Translations under genes and position numbers: made by a program
Shown here: positions 11,087-19,770 of the stretch, piece by piece
Layout: every line of letters starts with the position of its first letter
Numbering within the stretch: the first letter of the stretch is position 1
Origin: Methanobacteriota archaeon
GTDB taxonomy: Archaea > Thermoplasmatota > Poseidoniia > Poseidoniales > Thalassarchaeaceae
Assembly: GCA_002698225.1 (NCBI GenBank)
Contig: NZWD01000004.1
Location: 20,090 to 84,089, forward strand
DNA length: 64,000 nucleotides
Reading direction: 5' to 3'
The notes under the pieces: model-generated
Databases searched by the model: none
What the model saw: the letters and a program-made list of their open reading frames with translations, nothing else
What the model was told of the DNA's origin: nothing

Positions 11087-11910
11087 TCCTCTTCACCTTC
11101 CCGTACCTGGGCCGATCCAGTCTTCCGACTACGGGCGAAAGATGACCTTCCTCCTGAGGAAACCCTGTTGCTGGCCGCCATTAGATCACGGAATCCGCCT
11201 CCCAACTCGCCGAATCCACTTTCCATTCTCTTTTGCCAGTGCTCGATGGCCGCATCAGACTGCTCAAAGAGCTCTCGTGCCCGGTCCATCTGTCTGCGAA
11301 TCTCGCGTAATTCTGCGGTCAGCAAGACCTTCTTATCATGCAGTGGTTGAGCCTTTGATACCGCTTCTAGCATCTTACTGTGAGCCCCATCTGCTTTACG
11401 ATATGACGATACCATATCCCTTCTGGAGTCTATGAATCTAGACATTTCCGGATTAGCATCCCTCCTCGATTTGAGCCATTTTTCGTTCTCCCCAAGGAGC
11501 TTCTTCCTACGGTCCAGAAGCTTTCTCTCCGATCGGTGATCCAGTGCCGAAGTCTGAATCTTATCTTCGATTTCCTCGAGTTCATCAAGCAACTTCTCCT
11601 TCTTCCAATTAGGATCTAGGTTGACCATGCCTCCTGTCTTAATCAGACTGTCTCTGGAATCCTTGACATCTCTGAGTAATTTCGTTGCCTTACTCTGCGA
11701 TAGATTCCTCTCTTCTTTGTACTTGGCGACCATGCCGTTAGCCTTGCGATGAGACTCAACAGCCCTTTTGACTCGTGGCTCTAGAGATTCCTCCTCAGCT
11801 TCGAGATTTCTGATGACGTTGGGGAGCTCTTGTTTGAGCACTTCGCGCCTTACTAGTAGGGCCTGCGCTAACTGCTCCGGACCTATCGCTAACAGCTCGT
11901 CGACCTCCAT
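11083..11910 (-). CDS. coiled-coil protein, paralog 3
   Basis: 275 aa of charged coiled-coil sequence. It overlaps paralog 2 by 4 nt (translational coupling) and ends with a Gly/Ser-rich tail. Confidence 0.6.
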   Translation of the reverse strand: MEVDELLAIGPEQLAQALLVRREVLKQELPNVIRNLEAEEESLEPRVKRAVESHRKANGMVAKYKEERNLSQSKATKLLRDVKDSRDSLIKTGGMVNLDPNWKKEKLLDELEEIEDKIQTSALDHRSERKLLDRRKKLLGENEKWLKSRRDANPEMSRFIDSRRDMVSSYRKADGAHSKMLEAVSKAQPLHDKKVLLTAELREIRRQMDRARELFEQSDAAIEHWQKRMESGFGELGGGFRDLMAASNRVSSGGRSSFARSRKTGSAQVREGEEE

Positions 11911-11940
11911 GGCGTCCGGGGCACAGGAGAATCTGCATTA

Positions 11941-11959
11941 AAGGTCACTATGTGACCTT
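11941..11959. promoter_or_regulatory. perfect 19-bp palindrome AAGGTCAC-TAT-GTGACCTT; candidate operator in a divergent promoter region
   Basis: Read directly from the sequence: an 8-3-8 inverted repeat sitting 45 bp upstream of the 12004 start codon. It lies between divergently transcribed coiled-coil genes (minus strand) and an operon that contains a DtxR-family regulator. Confidence 0.4.
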
Positions 11960-12003
11960 GGAAAGGGGTTTCCTTCATACATCGAATAACTACTAGGTGT
12001 ACG

Positions 12004-13560
12004 ATGGTTTACCGGGCACCAGCCAGCAGGGCGCTACTCGCAATCCTGTTTTCTCTATCTTTGCTAGCATCTCCTGTATCCGCAGATGGGGAGAAGATGT
12101 TCACGCCGGCTGGCTCTTCAGATGTAGCCATCTCTGGAGAGCCGATTCATGTTGGAGATGCTGTATTAGTATCAATTTTGGTCCATAATCAGGGCTCTGA
12201 GTCAGGATCTGTGAGGTTGGAGCTCACTGGCTCCGGCGGTGAAAATCTATCAGTAGGAACAGAGACTGAAATCAACCCCGGCTCTAGCAGGGAGGTCATT
12301 GCTGAATTCACTCCCTCGATTGCAGGACTGATGGATGTCAATTGGGAAGTGACCAGCGATGATGGAGGAGTCTCATCAGAACTCAAAGGAACATTTGAAC
12401 TCCAAGTAATAGAGAGCCAGTCTATATCTCTCACATTTGAATCGACAGTATGGACTCTGTCCGACGGTCTTGAATGCGATTTCACAATCACCCTTTCTGA
12501 AGGCAAATCCCGTCTAATTGAGGTATCCATCTCGTTACTTGGATCAGGAGAATCTACGATAGTGCAGAATTTCGAAATCTTACTGAACCCCGGCGTCCGT
12601 TCTTTGGAAGCATCCCTGGGGCAACCAGATATTACTGGGATTTCAATCACCGTGTCTGCCAAGGGATGGGGAATCGCCAATTCTCCTGCTAACCTCTCAT
12701 GGGACAATCCTGTATCTCCCCCCGTAGTATCGCCCTCAGTTTCAATTGGCCCCTATCAGCCCGAGTCTCCTAAGCCCGGAGACACCATATCAATGGATTA
12801 TACCCTTGCAAATTCGGGCGACTCCTCAACTCTACCAGGTACGCTGAGTTTCATCAGCAACTCTGATGGAGGGATGATTCTAGCTCAGATACCAGTCTCA
12901 GCAATCTCGGCAGGAGGATCTTCATCTGGCACAATAAGCATAGGTCCGTGGCCAGACTCTCGGGTGGTCGAGGCAGAATTAATCTGGTCTATGGCTGGTT
13001 CTTCGGCCATCAGCCCCCTCTCAATCTCCTCTGACATGCCTACAGATACGGGCCTAGAGCTACCCTTCGATGTCATGGCTGCAATCTATGGTGCCATAGT
13101 CGGTTTTGCCGTGGTCCTAGTTGGATTAATCGTACTAAGGGCAGTCTCTGAGCGCACCCCTAGCACTGAGTCTGAGGATAGTGTGCTTAGAGAATCGCGC
13201 ATATCTATGAGACAGGAGTCGTCGTCAGAGAAAATTGAGGTTCCATGCCCGAGTTGCCAGCAGAGACTCAAGATTCCATTTTCTCACTCGGGGATGGTCA
13301 AATGCCCAGCCTGCAACAGTCAATTCCATACTTCTCCTCCTGAAGAAACGGAGAAATCTCAATCAAACCCTCCCAGTCAATCTGGTCCCGAGCCGGCAAC
13401 TCAATCCGATACCGCTTCTTCGATTGCCACCGTGGTATCTTCAGAGGATGAGCTCCCATGTCCCGAGTGCCAGCAGATGCTCAGAATACCAATAGATAGG
13501 AGACCAGTGCACTCTAGGTGCCCGGCGTGCAGGACCGAATTCCTGGCTGAAGTAGGGTGA
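12004..13560 (+). CDS. single-pass membrane protein with extracellular CARDB-like beta-sandwich repeats and cytoplasmic tandem zinc ribbons
   Basis: N-terminal signal peptide 'LLAILFSLSLLASPVSA'. CARDB-like segments ('HVGDAVLVSILVHNQGSESGSVRLEL'). One TM helix ('AAIYGAIVGFAVVLVGLIVL'). Two C-terminal CPxC...CPxC zinc ribbons ('CPSCQQ...CPACNSQF', 'CPECQQ...CPACRTEF'). Confidence 0.7.
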   Translation: MVYRAPASRALLAILFSLSLLASPVSADGEKMFTPAGSSDVAISGEPIHVGDAVLVSILVHNQGSESGSVRLELTGSGGENLSVGTETEINPGSSREVIAEFTPSIAGLMDVNWEVTSDDGGVSSELKGTFELQVIESQSISLTFESTVWTLSDGLECDFTITLSEGKSRLIEVSISLLGSGESTIVQNFEILLNPGVRSLEASLGQPDITGISITVSAKGWGIANSPANLSWDNPVSPPVVSPSVSIGPYQPESPKPGDTISMDYTLANSGDSSTLPGTLSFISNSDGGMILAQIPVSAISAGGSSSGTISIGPWPDSRVVEAELIWSMAGSSAISPLSISSDMPTDTGLELPFDVMAAIYGAIVGFAVVLVGLIVLRAVSERTPSTESEDSVLRESRISMRQESSSEKIEVPCPSCQQRLKIPFSHSGMVKCPACNSQFHTSPPEETEKSQSNPPSQSGPEPATQSDTASSIATVVSSEDELPCPECQQMLRIPIDRRPVHSRCPACRTEFLAEVG

Positions 13561-13564
13561 TATT

Positions 13565-14221
13565 ATGATTGAGTTGAGCGAGTTCGAGGAGATGTATCTG
13601 AAAAGACTCTTCGAGGCCCATGCAGACGACCCCGCAATGATTGTGAAGACGACTAAACTGGCCGAAATGATGGATGTGAGTCCGGCTTCAACCACTGAGA
13701 TGATTCAGAGGCTCGCCAAGCGTAATCTAGTCACCCACGTACCCTACAAAGGCTGTAGACTGACTCCAGAAGGCTTTCAGCAGGCTGCGATGATTAAGCG
13801 CAGAGAAGGGCTGATAGAGATACTTCTTACTGAGGTAATCGGATATGAGGGAAGTGTCAATGAGGCTGCCTGTAAAATTGAGCATGCAATCGATGAGGAG
13901 TTAGAAATTGCCCTAGATCGCATGCTCGGTTACCCTGAGAAGACCCCTAGCGGCGACAGAATACCAGTCATAGAGAGACAAATTGAACCTATGCGAACTG
14001 GGCTACTAATTCCTCTCAGTGCGCTACCGATAGGTAGCAAGGCTACCATTGAGCTGATTGTCATGCGACCAACCGATTCACGTACAGTCGAGTTAGCCGG
14101 ACTTGGGGTTGGGACTGAGGTTGAGTCAAAGAGCGATGGAATCTACTCCTCAAATCAAAAGTTGGAGATGTCAAAATCAATGTCCCTGAGAATCCTCGCT
14201 AGGACCGAGCAGGTGATGTAA
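13565..14221 (+). CDS. DtxR/MntR-family metal-dependent transcriptional regulator with a C-terminal FeoA/SH3-like domain
   Basis: N-terminal winged HTH, a dimerisation helix carrying conserved metal ligands ('ACKIEH' = Cys/Glu/His of the DtxR primary site), and a C-terminal SH3-like domain. There is a 5-nt gap to the upstream gene. Confidence 0.8.
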   Translation: MIELSEFEEMYLKRLFEAHADDPAMIVKTTKLAEMMDVSPASTTEMIQRLAKRNLVTHVPYKGCRLTPEGFQQAAMIKRREGLIEILLTEVIGYEGSVNEAACKIEHAIDEELEIALDRMLGYPEKTPSGDRIPVIERQIEPMRTGLLIPLSALPIGSKATIELIVMRPTDSRTVELAGLGVGTEVESKSDGIYSSNQKLEMSKSMSLRILARTEQVM

Positions 14222-15780
14222 TGGAGAACCAAGAAGATCTTGATTCTCTGGCCGATTCAATCGGTGATGTAGTTCTGCCAGCGCCGGAAATTCAAAATCA
14301 AGCCCCGATTGTTTCCGTTGAGAATGATAGAAGCAAGGACAGAATCAAACTACTTCGCTCCAGAGAGGAGATGCTACTGAGAATCGACAGAATGCTAATC
14401 AGCAGCGGAGCGAGATTAGTCCTCTTCCTGCCCCTAGTCGTGATTATTCTATACGGGCTTGCACAGGCGTTCTCGCAAGGTGACCCAGAATGGTGGACAA
14501 ACCACTTGGAATCTGTGGCTTGGGGCTCAGATATCTCCACTGCAATATACGGGCTTTCAATGCTGATGCTGATTGCAGATTCAGCAATGCTACTCTTGCT
14601 GTTCTGGCTCATGTCAATTACTCGATCAATCTTCTCAATGGAATCGAGTGAATTGACTAGGCTGGGCCTGACCTTCAAGAGCTCACATGGGTACGCTGAG
14701 ATGAGGGCCACGATTGATGGCGCCATCAGACAACTGGGTATCACAACGGCCCTAATTTCTCTTGCTGCGATATTGCTCGGAATCTCAATGTGGCTCCCTG
14801 AGGACAGCGCAGGAACGCCATTCATGCTCGCACTCTCAACTGGAGCCTTGCTCAGCGGCCACGGTGTGCACATGGTCTCAGAACGCTCTAGATTCAACAC
14901 TAGCGAGCCGTGGGGTATGCTGCAAGCCTTCTCACCGCCAATTCATCCCGCTCTGCTGAACCGCCCATTCACCGATGTAATTCGCGCACATGTCGACCCT
15001 CTGTTAGCAGTCAGGATGTCAGAGTACCTCTCTTCCATAGAACCCTCGATTAAGGAAGGCAGCAGTGTGAGGGAGTTGCAAGAGACTCTTCTACATCTAC
15101 TGTATCTCCGAAGATCTTCACTAATCGATGAGGATCTGTTCAGATCTGCTCTAGAGCCCATGCTCGATCCCCCAGCCATTGAGCGCCTGTTCAACCATCC
15201 AGAACTAGGCGAAGAGACATGGGATAGACTTCTATCAAGAGCACGCTCTCAATGCGCGCCTTTCTTCCGTATCCATGATCGCTTGAGGATGAGCAGGTCG
15301 GCTACCGAATCTACCGGCGAAGTCTGGCTGGATGTGGACATGGAGAACTTAGTAGTCGGTCAGGCCAACCTATTCGCATTTGTATTAAATCAAGGAGAAT
15401 CTCCACTGGATTTGGTACTTAGAGTCCAGACTCCAGATTTCAGACCCCAGGAATGTGTTTATCGGTTGAATGCAGAACCAATGAGGGTTGACTCCGAACC
15501 TGTCGGAGATGAACTCTACTCGGCTTTACCCGCGCTGATGTCCTCTACTCGGATAATCTGGCAGAGCTTGCTGCCTTCTGCCATGGGTGAGGCTACAGTT
15601 ACACTACGACTCGAGGACGAGGCTGGGAACCTAATTTCGGGGAGAGTATTGGCTGTTCAGGTACGCCCTGATTTGCTGACCCGGGTTAGAATGTCTCTTG
15701 GAGGATTGTTCATGTTCGGAGCAGCAATCGTAGTCATCTCACCATTTGTACCATTCCTGATCAATCTAGTAGGACTTTGA
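14221..15780 (+). CDS. polytopic membrane protein, hypothetical
   Basis: Its start overlaps the regulator stop (ATGTAATGG). Four to five N-terminal TM helices, a ~300-aa soluble domain and a C-terminal TM helix. No family recognised. Confidence 0.55.
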   Translation: MENQEDLDSLADSIGDVVLPAPEIQNQAPIVSVENDRSKDRIKLLRSREEMLLRIDRMLISSGARLVLFLPLVVIILYGLAQAFSQGDPEWWTNHLESVAWGSDISTAIYGLSMLMLIADSAMLLLLFWLMSITRSIFSMESSELTRLGLTFKSSHGYAEMRATIDGAIRQLGITTALISLAAILLGISMWLPEDSAGTPFMLALSTGALLSGHGVHMVSERSRFNTSEPWGMLQAFSPPIHPALLNRPFTDVIRAHVDPLLAVRMSEYLSSIEPSIKEGSSVRELQETLLHLLYLRRSSLIDEDLFRSALEPMLDPPAIERLFNHPELGEETWDRLLSRARSQCAPFFRIHDRLRMSRSATESTGEVWLDVDMENLVVGQANLFAFVLNQGESPLDLVLRVQTPDFRPQECVYRLNAEPMRVDSEPVGDELYSALPALMSSTRIIWQSLLPSAMGEATVTLRLEDEAGNLISGRVLAVQVRPDLLTRVRMSLGGLFMFGAAIVVISPFVPFLINLVGL

Positions 15781-15819
15781 TTCAGGTCCATTCAAAGGTG
15801 ATGCCCTTGTGGTGCAACT

Positions 15820-16800
15820 GTGTCTGAAGACGGCTCTATCCAGAGTGATGACCTCAGGACCAGGCTGCACGCAATGGAGACTAAATTGCGTAGGATGCGT
15901 GAGCAGAGGGGCAATCACAACGAGAACGCCAAGAGGGCTGCGGATTCGAGAGACTCTGTGCAGAACCAGGGCAAGGAGCTAAGGGAACGAATCGGAGAGA
16001 GATTAGAGGCCCAGAAGGAAGTCAGAACTAGGGCCAAAACACATCAGGCCAAGCGTGACGAGATTCAGAAGCAGATTGGTGAATTAATCTCCCAGAAGAG
16101 AGGTAGGAAGAGAGATGGCGGGACCAAGTCAGTCGTGATTCAACTATCAGAGACCATTGGAGAGATTGATCGAATAGAGAACCAGATTATGACTGATGGA
16201 AACCTATCTCTCAAGAAGGAAAACCGCTTACTGAAGAAACTAAAAACTCTGATTTCGAAGAGGGACGAGTTAATGCCCGAGGTTCAGGAACTACAAGTCA
16301 TTGAAATCGATCTAGGCGATATGGAGGGCTCAATCCAACTTCTCCGTTCTGAGGCTGACGCTGAGCACAAAGCGATGCTTGAAGCCAACAAGGAGGCTGA
16401 TGAGATATGGGAAGAAGTCAAGCCAATGCTCGAGGAACGTGATTTCCTCAGAGCGGAGGGCGATAGGCTCCACGCTGCATTTGTCTCATCTAGAGAATCT
16501 GCAGACAATGTCCACTCTGGCATTAAGGAATTGTTAGATCAGGTCAATGAGATTCGTGATGAACTGAAGGCTCAGAGAGAGGAGAGAGAGCGGATTATCA
16601 GGGAACATAACGAATCTGTGAGAATGGCTACCAAGACTCCGGATGAAGACGAAGAGTTAGCCGACTCACTAACTGAGCAACTACTAGAGAGTGGCTCCAT
16701 CACTCTGGGTGGTACCAGGGCAGAAATCTCCGAGAGAGAATCTCCCCGCAAAAGGAAGAAGTCACGCAGACTGGGAACAACTAGGGGCAAGCGGGACTGA
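15820..16800 (+). CDS. coiled-coil protein, paralog 4
   Basis: 326 aa of charged heptad-repeat protein similar in composition to the three minus-strand paralogs, with a basic C-terminal tail 'PRKRKKSRRLGTTRGKRD'. Confidence 0.6.
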   Translation: MSEDGSIQSDDLRTRLHAMETKLRRMREQRGNHNENAKRAADSRDSVQNQGKELRERIGERLEAQKEVRTRAKTHQAKRDEIQKQIGELISQKRGRKRDGGTKSVVIQLSETIGEIDRIENQIMTDGNLSLKKENRLLKKLKTLISKRDELMPEVQELQVIEIDLGDMEGSIQLLRSEADAEHKAMLEANKEADEIWEEVKPMLEERDFLRAEGDRLHAAFVSSRESADNVHSGIKELLDQVNEIRDELKAQREERERIIREHNESVRMATKTPDEDEELADSLTEQLLESGSITLGGTRAEISERESPRKRKKSRRLGTTRGKRD

Positions 16801-17793
16801 TTACCAACCACGCTCTTCCATTCGGACTTCGAGTTTGTCTATCTCCAAACCATCCATTGGTTTCCCTGCCATCATAGCAGAAGCCTCGGTGACCTTACTG
16901 GGATCATTAAAGTGATGAGTTGACATTACTATTGCTGAAGCAGTCGTGGCTGGATCCTCGGACTTGAAAATTCCTGATCCTACAAATACACCGTCCATCC
17001 CGTGACGCATCAACAGGGCTGCATCGGCTGGTGTAGCTATTCCTCCTGCAGAAAATGTCACGACAGGTAATCTCCCCATCTCCTTCACTTCTCCCAGAAC
17101 TTCCACGATGGCATCGTGACAAGCATCCATGCTTCCAAAGGGCGTGTTTTCGACAATGAGTTCATGCTCACTGGCTTGCTCTATTCTACGGAAGCCGTCG
17201 GACATCTTGCGAGCCATGACCTCAAACTCAACATCGTTTGCACTCTGTAGAAGAGCAATCTCCTGAGATACCAACCTAGCGTGTTGGATAGCACTGACGA
17301 CATTTCCCGTTCCGGCTTCCCCCTTGGTGCGAATCATCGCTGCACCTTCCATGATTCTTCTGCATGCCTCGCCTAGGCTAGTACATCCACAAACAAATGG
17401 AATGGTGAATTCATTCTTGGTTATGTGATAGAAAGGATCTGCCGGAGTTAGTACTTCGCTCTCATCCACCATGTCGACACCGAGTTCTTGGAGGACACGA
17501 GCCTCTTCGTCATGTCCAATCCTAGCCTTTGCCATTACAGGGATACTGGTGGTCTCAATAATTCCTCTGATTAGTTTTGGGTGGCTCATTCTAGCCACGC
17601 CTCCATCAGACCTGATGTCTGCAGGTACCCTTTCGAGGGCCATTACTGCTGTTGCACCTGCATCTTCAGCGATGTGAGCTTGCTCAGGAGTGACGACATC
17701 CATTATGACGCCACCCTCCTGCATCTTGGCGAAACCTCTCTTTAGCAACTCAGTGCCATGTCTCATCTTGTTGAGGTCTACCAGTCTGGCCAC
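16801..17793 (-). CDS. pdxS: pyridoxal 5'-phosphate synthase subunit PdxS (Pdx1)
   Basis: Full-length match to the PdxS pattern: '[13 protein letters not shown]', '[11 protein letters not shown]', 'GEAGTGNVV' and '[12 protein letters not shown]'. Confidence 0.9.
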   Translation of the reverse strand: MARLVDLNKMRHGTELLKRGFAKMQEGGVIMDVVTPEQAHIAEDAGATAVMALERVPADIRSDGGVARMSHPKLIRGIIETTSIPVMAKARIGHDEEARVLQELGVDMVDESEVLTPADPFYHITKNEFTIPFVCGCTSLGEACRRIMEGAAMIRTKGEAGTGNVVSAIQHARLVSQEIALLQSANDVEFEVMARKMSDGFRRIEQASEHELIVENTPFGSMDACHDAIVEVLGEVKEMGRLPVVTFSAGGIATPADAALLMRHGMDGVFVGSGIFKSEDPATTASAIVMSTHHFNDPSKVTEASAMMAGKPMDGLEIDKLEVRMEERGW

Positions 17794-17840
17794 ATCATAG
17801 CCTCGGGCCAGTACCTCAAGAACCCTTGTGCAGGCCCGAT

Positions 17841-18119
17841 TCAGGAATCAGCCAGCACAGGAGAGTCACCTTCTGCAATAGGCAGGTTGGGGGCCTCATC
17901 CTCATTCTTGTCCAACCAACTGAGCTCCTCATCCGGAAGATCGGTGTCAGCGTAAATCGCTTCGACTGGACATTCGGGGACGCAAGCAGCGCAGTCAATG
18001 CACTCGTCAGCGTCGATTACTAAGTAATCATCAGCTTCTCTGAAACACTCTACGGGACAAACCGCAACACAATCCTGATATTTGCACTTTACACAAGCAC
18101 TGGTCACTACATGAGTCAT
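17841..18119 (-). CDS. ferredoxin (Fe-S cluster-binding, Cys-rich)
   Basis: '[18 protein letters not shown]' plus '[12 protein letters not shown]', the classic 7Fe/8Fe ferredoxin cysteine pattern, with an acidic C-terminal tail. Confidence 0.85.
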   Translation of the reverse strand: MTHVVTSACVKCKYQDCVAVCPVECFREADDYLVIDADECIDCAACVPECPVEAIYADTDLPDEELSWLDKNEDEAPNLPIAEGDSPVLADS

Positions 18120-18168
18120 GTCTATCGAACTCTGGTGAATACAGATTGCATATCAACGCTTGTATGAA

Positions 18169-18609
18169 TCATGCTTTTTCTATTAGTTCATGAATCAATC
18201 CGGTAGCTACCGACTCTACTTCTTGACCGGGATAGGACTCTACCTTGAAACATCCTTTCGCAGTAGCCTCTGAGCTATCATCGCTCACTATTGTGACTTC
18301 CCCACAGACCAATTCTGCTAGAGAGATTCTGATGTGCAGAACCTTGTCTTCGTCTAGTCTGTTTGAGATTCCATTTTCTAGTAGGTTCCGTAACCCTTCT
18401 CCTCCCAATCTGGAAAGCGAATACGCAGATGCCTTCCTACCTGAGATGCTAGCCTCAATGATAGTCTGCTCTGAACCATGCCAAGATTTGCCTTTCTCCA
18501 TGTTGACTTCACATCCTTCACCAGTCAGCCAGCGCAAACCCTGCTCAATAAGGGAGACATCATCGACAGCGCTGGCATGCACTCTCCAGCGTGCGCTATG
18601 CAGTCCCAT
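18169..18609 (-). CDS. hypothetical protein
   Basis: 146-aa ORF of compact size and no recognisable motifs. Confidence 0.4.
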   Translation of the reverse strand: MGLHSARWRVHASAVDDVSLIEQGLRWLTGEGCEVNMEKGKSWHGSEQTIIEASISGRKASAYSLSRLGGEGLRNLLENGISNRLDEDKVLHIRISLAELVCGEVTIVSDDSSEATAKGCFKVESYPGQEVESVATGLIHELIEKA

Positions 18610-18743
18610 GGTTGGAGCAGAAAAGCCCTCGACTTAATGCTCTCCTGCCGCAGCATCCACATTCCTTCGAGGCTTTGGTTCATATACTCGGGGTAGGTGG
18701 CACGGCCCGCATACGAGGTAGCCCTCGGCAGGAGTCCAATGTC

Positions 18744-19766
18744 ATGGCAAAGGGAGCAGCAGCCAGGGCAGCGGCACGCAGGCAGCGCGACAAGTGGAAG
18801 TCGAAGCGTTGGTACAGCATCAGAGCCCCTAGGAACCCCTGGGCATTCAAGATCATCGGCGAGACCATGGCCGAAGAAGAAGAGATGCTCCTCGGGCGAC
18901 ATTATGAGATTCTACAGTACGAGTTGGACGGCGATTTCTCCAAGATGAATGTCAAGGTCCAATTCAGAATCCACGATGTCATAGGCTCAGATGCACTAAC
19001 TGAGTATATCGGGCACGAGCTTCTGAAGGATCATATCCGCAGACAGGTCCGTAGAGACCGAGGCAAGATTGACGATACTGTTGATCTAGTTACCAAGGAC
19101 GGCTATTATATCAGAGTCAAGCCGATGATGATTACACGCAACAAAATCAAGGCTAGCCAGAAACAAGAGATTAGATCTCAGGCTAGAGATTTGATAATCA
19201 AGTTCGGTGCCACCACCACATGGGTCGACATGCAAAAAGCAACTCTCGATGGAACTCTCGAGACGCAGATTCGAGAGATTGCATCCAAGATCCAACCCGT
19301 TAGGGATGTCATGATTAGGAGAGTGCAACTAATCCAATCTGGCGTTGAAGTCGGTGACGGACCTACTCTCGAGGAGATAATCTCCCAGGAGGAAGAGGTC
19401 AAGCAGGCCGAGACTGTTGAAGAAGACTCAGAGGGAATCTTAGAGACTATTTCGGATGCTGTGGATGATGTGGTCGACGAAATTAAGGAGGCTGCTACAG
19501 AGGTAGCCGGCGAACTAGCCATAGGTTCGGGCACGACAGCAGTTGATGCGGCCGTCGAAGGTACAATTGAGATAGCCGAAGAAGTGGTCGAATCCGTAAA
19601 AGAAGTCGCTGAGGCTGTGAAAGAGGAAGTCTCCGAGACTATCAGCGGAGACTCAGATACTGACTACGAGTCGATGACGGTCGCCGAATTGAAGGTTCTA
19701 CTGAAGGACGCCGGCAAACCGGTCTCGGGCAAGAAGGCCGAGCTGATTGAGCGCCTCAAGGAGTGA
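18744..19766 (+). CDS. rps3ae: 30S ribosomal protein S3Ae (S1e) fused to an acidic linker and a C-terminal SAP domain
   Basis: From the ATG at 18744: 'MAKGAAARAAARRQRDKWKSKRWYSIRAP...' is the S3Ae N-terminus and core. The C-terminal ~140 aa are Glu/Asp/Val-rich and end in 'MTVAELKVLLKDAGKPVSGKKAELIERLKE', a SAP (LxxLL...G.K..L..RL) motif. Confidence 0.8.
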   Translation: MAKGAAARAAARRQRDKWKSKRWYSIRAPRNPWAFKIIGETMAEEEEMLLGRHYEILQYELDGDFSKMNVKVQFRIHDVIGSDALTEYIGHELLKDHIRRQVRRDRGKIDDTVDLVTKDGYYIRVKPMMITRNKIKASQKQEIRSQARDLIIKFGATTTWVDMQKATLDGTLETQIREIASKIQPVRDVMIRRVQLIQSGVEVGDGPTLEEIISQEEEVKQAETVEEDSEGILETISDAVDDVVDEIKEAATEVAGELAIGSGTTAVDAAVEGTIEIAEEVVESVKEVAEAVKEEVSETISGDSDTDYESMTVAELKVLLKDAGKPVSGKKAELIERLKE

Positions 19767-19770
19767 TTCA

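Noticed and set aside
14298-14900. 200-aa minus-strand ORF antisense to the operon membrane-protein gene
   Set aside because: It lies entirely inside a plus-strand membrane protein with consistent TM periodicity. Shadow ORF.
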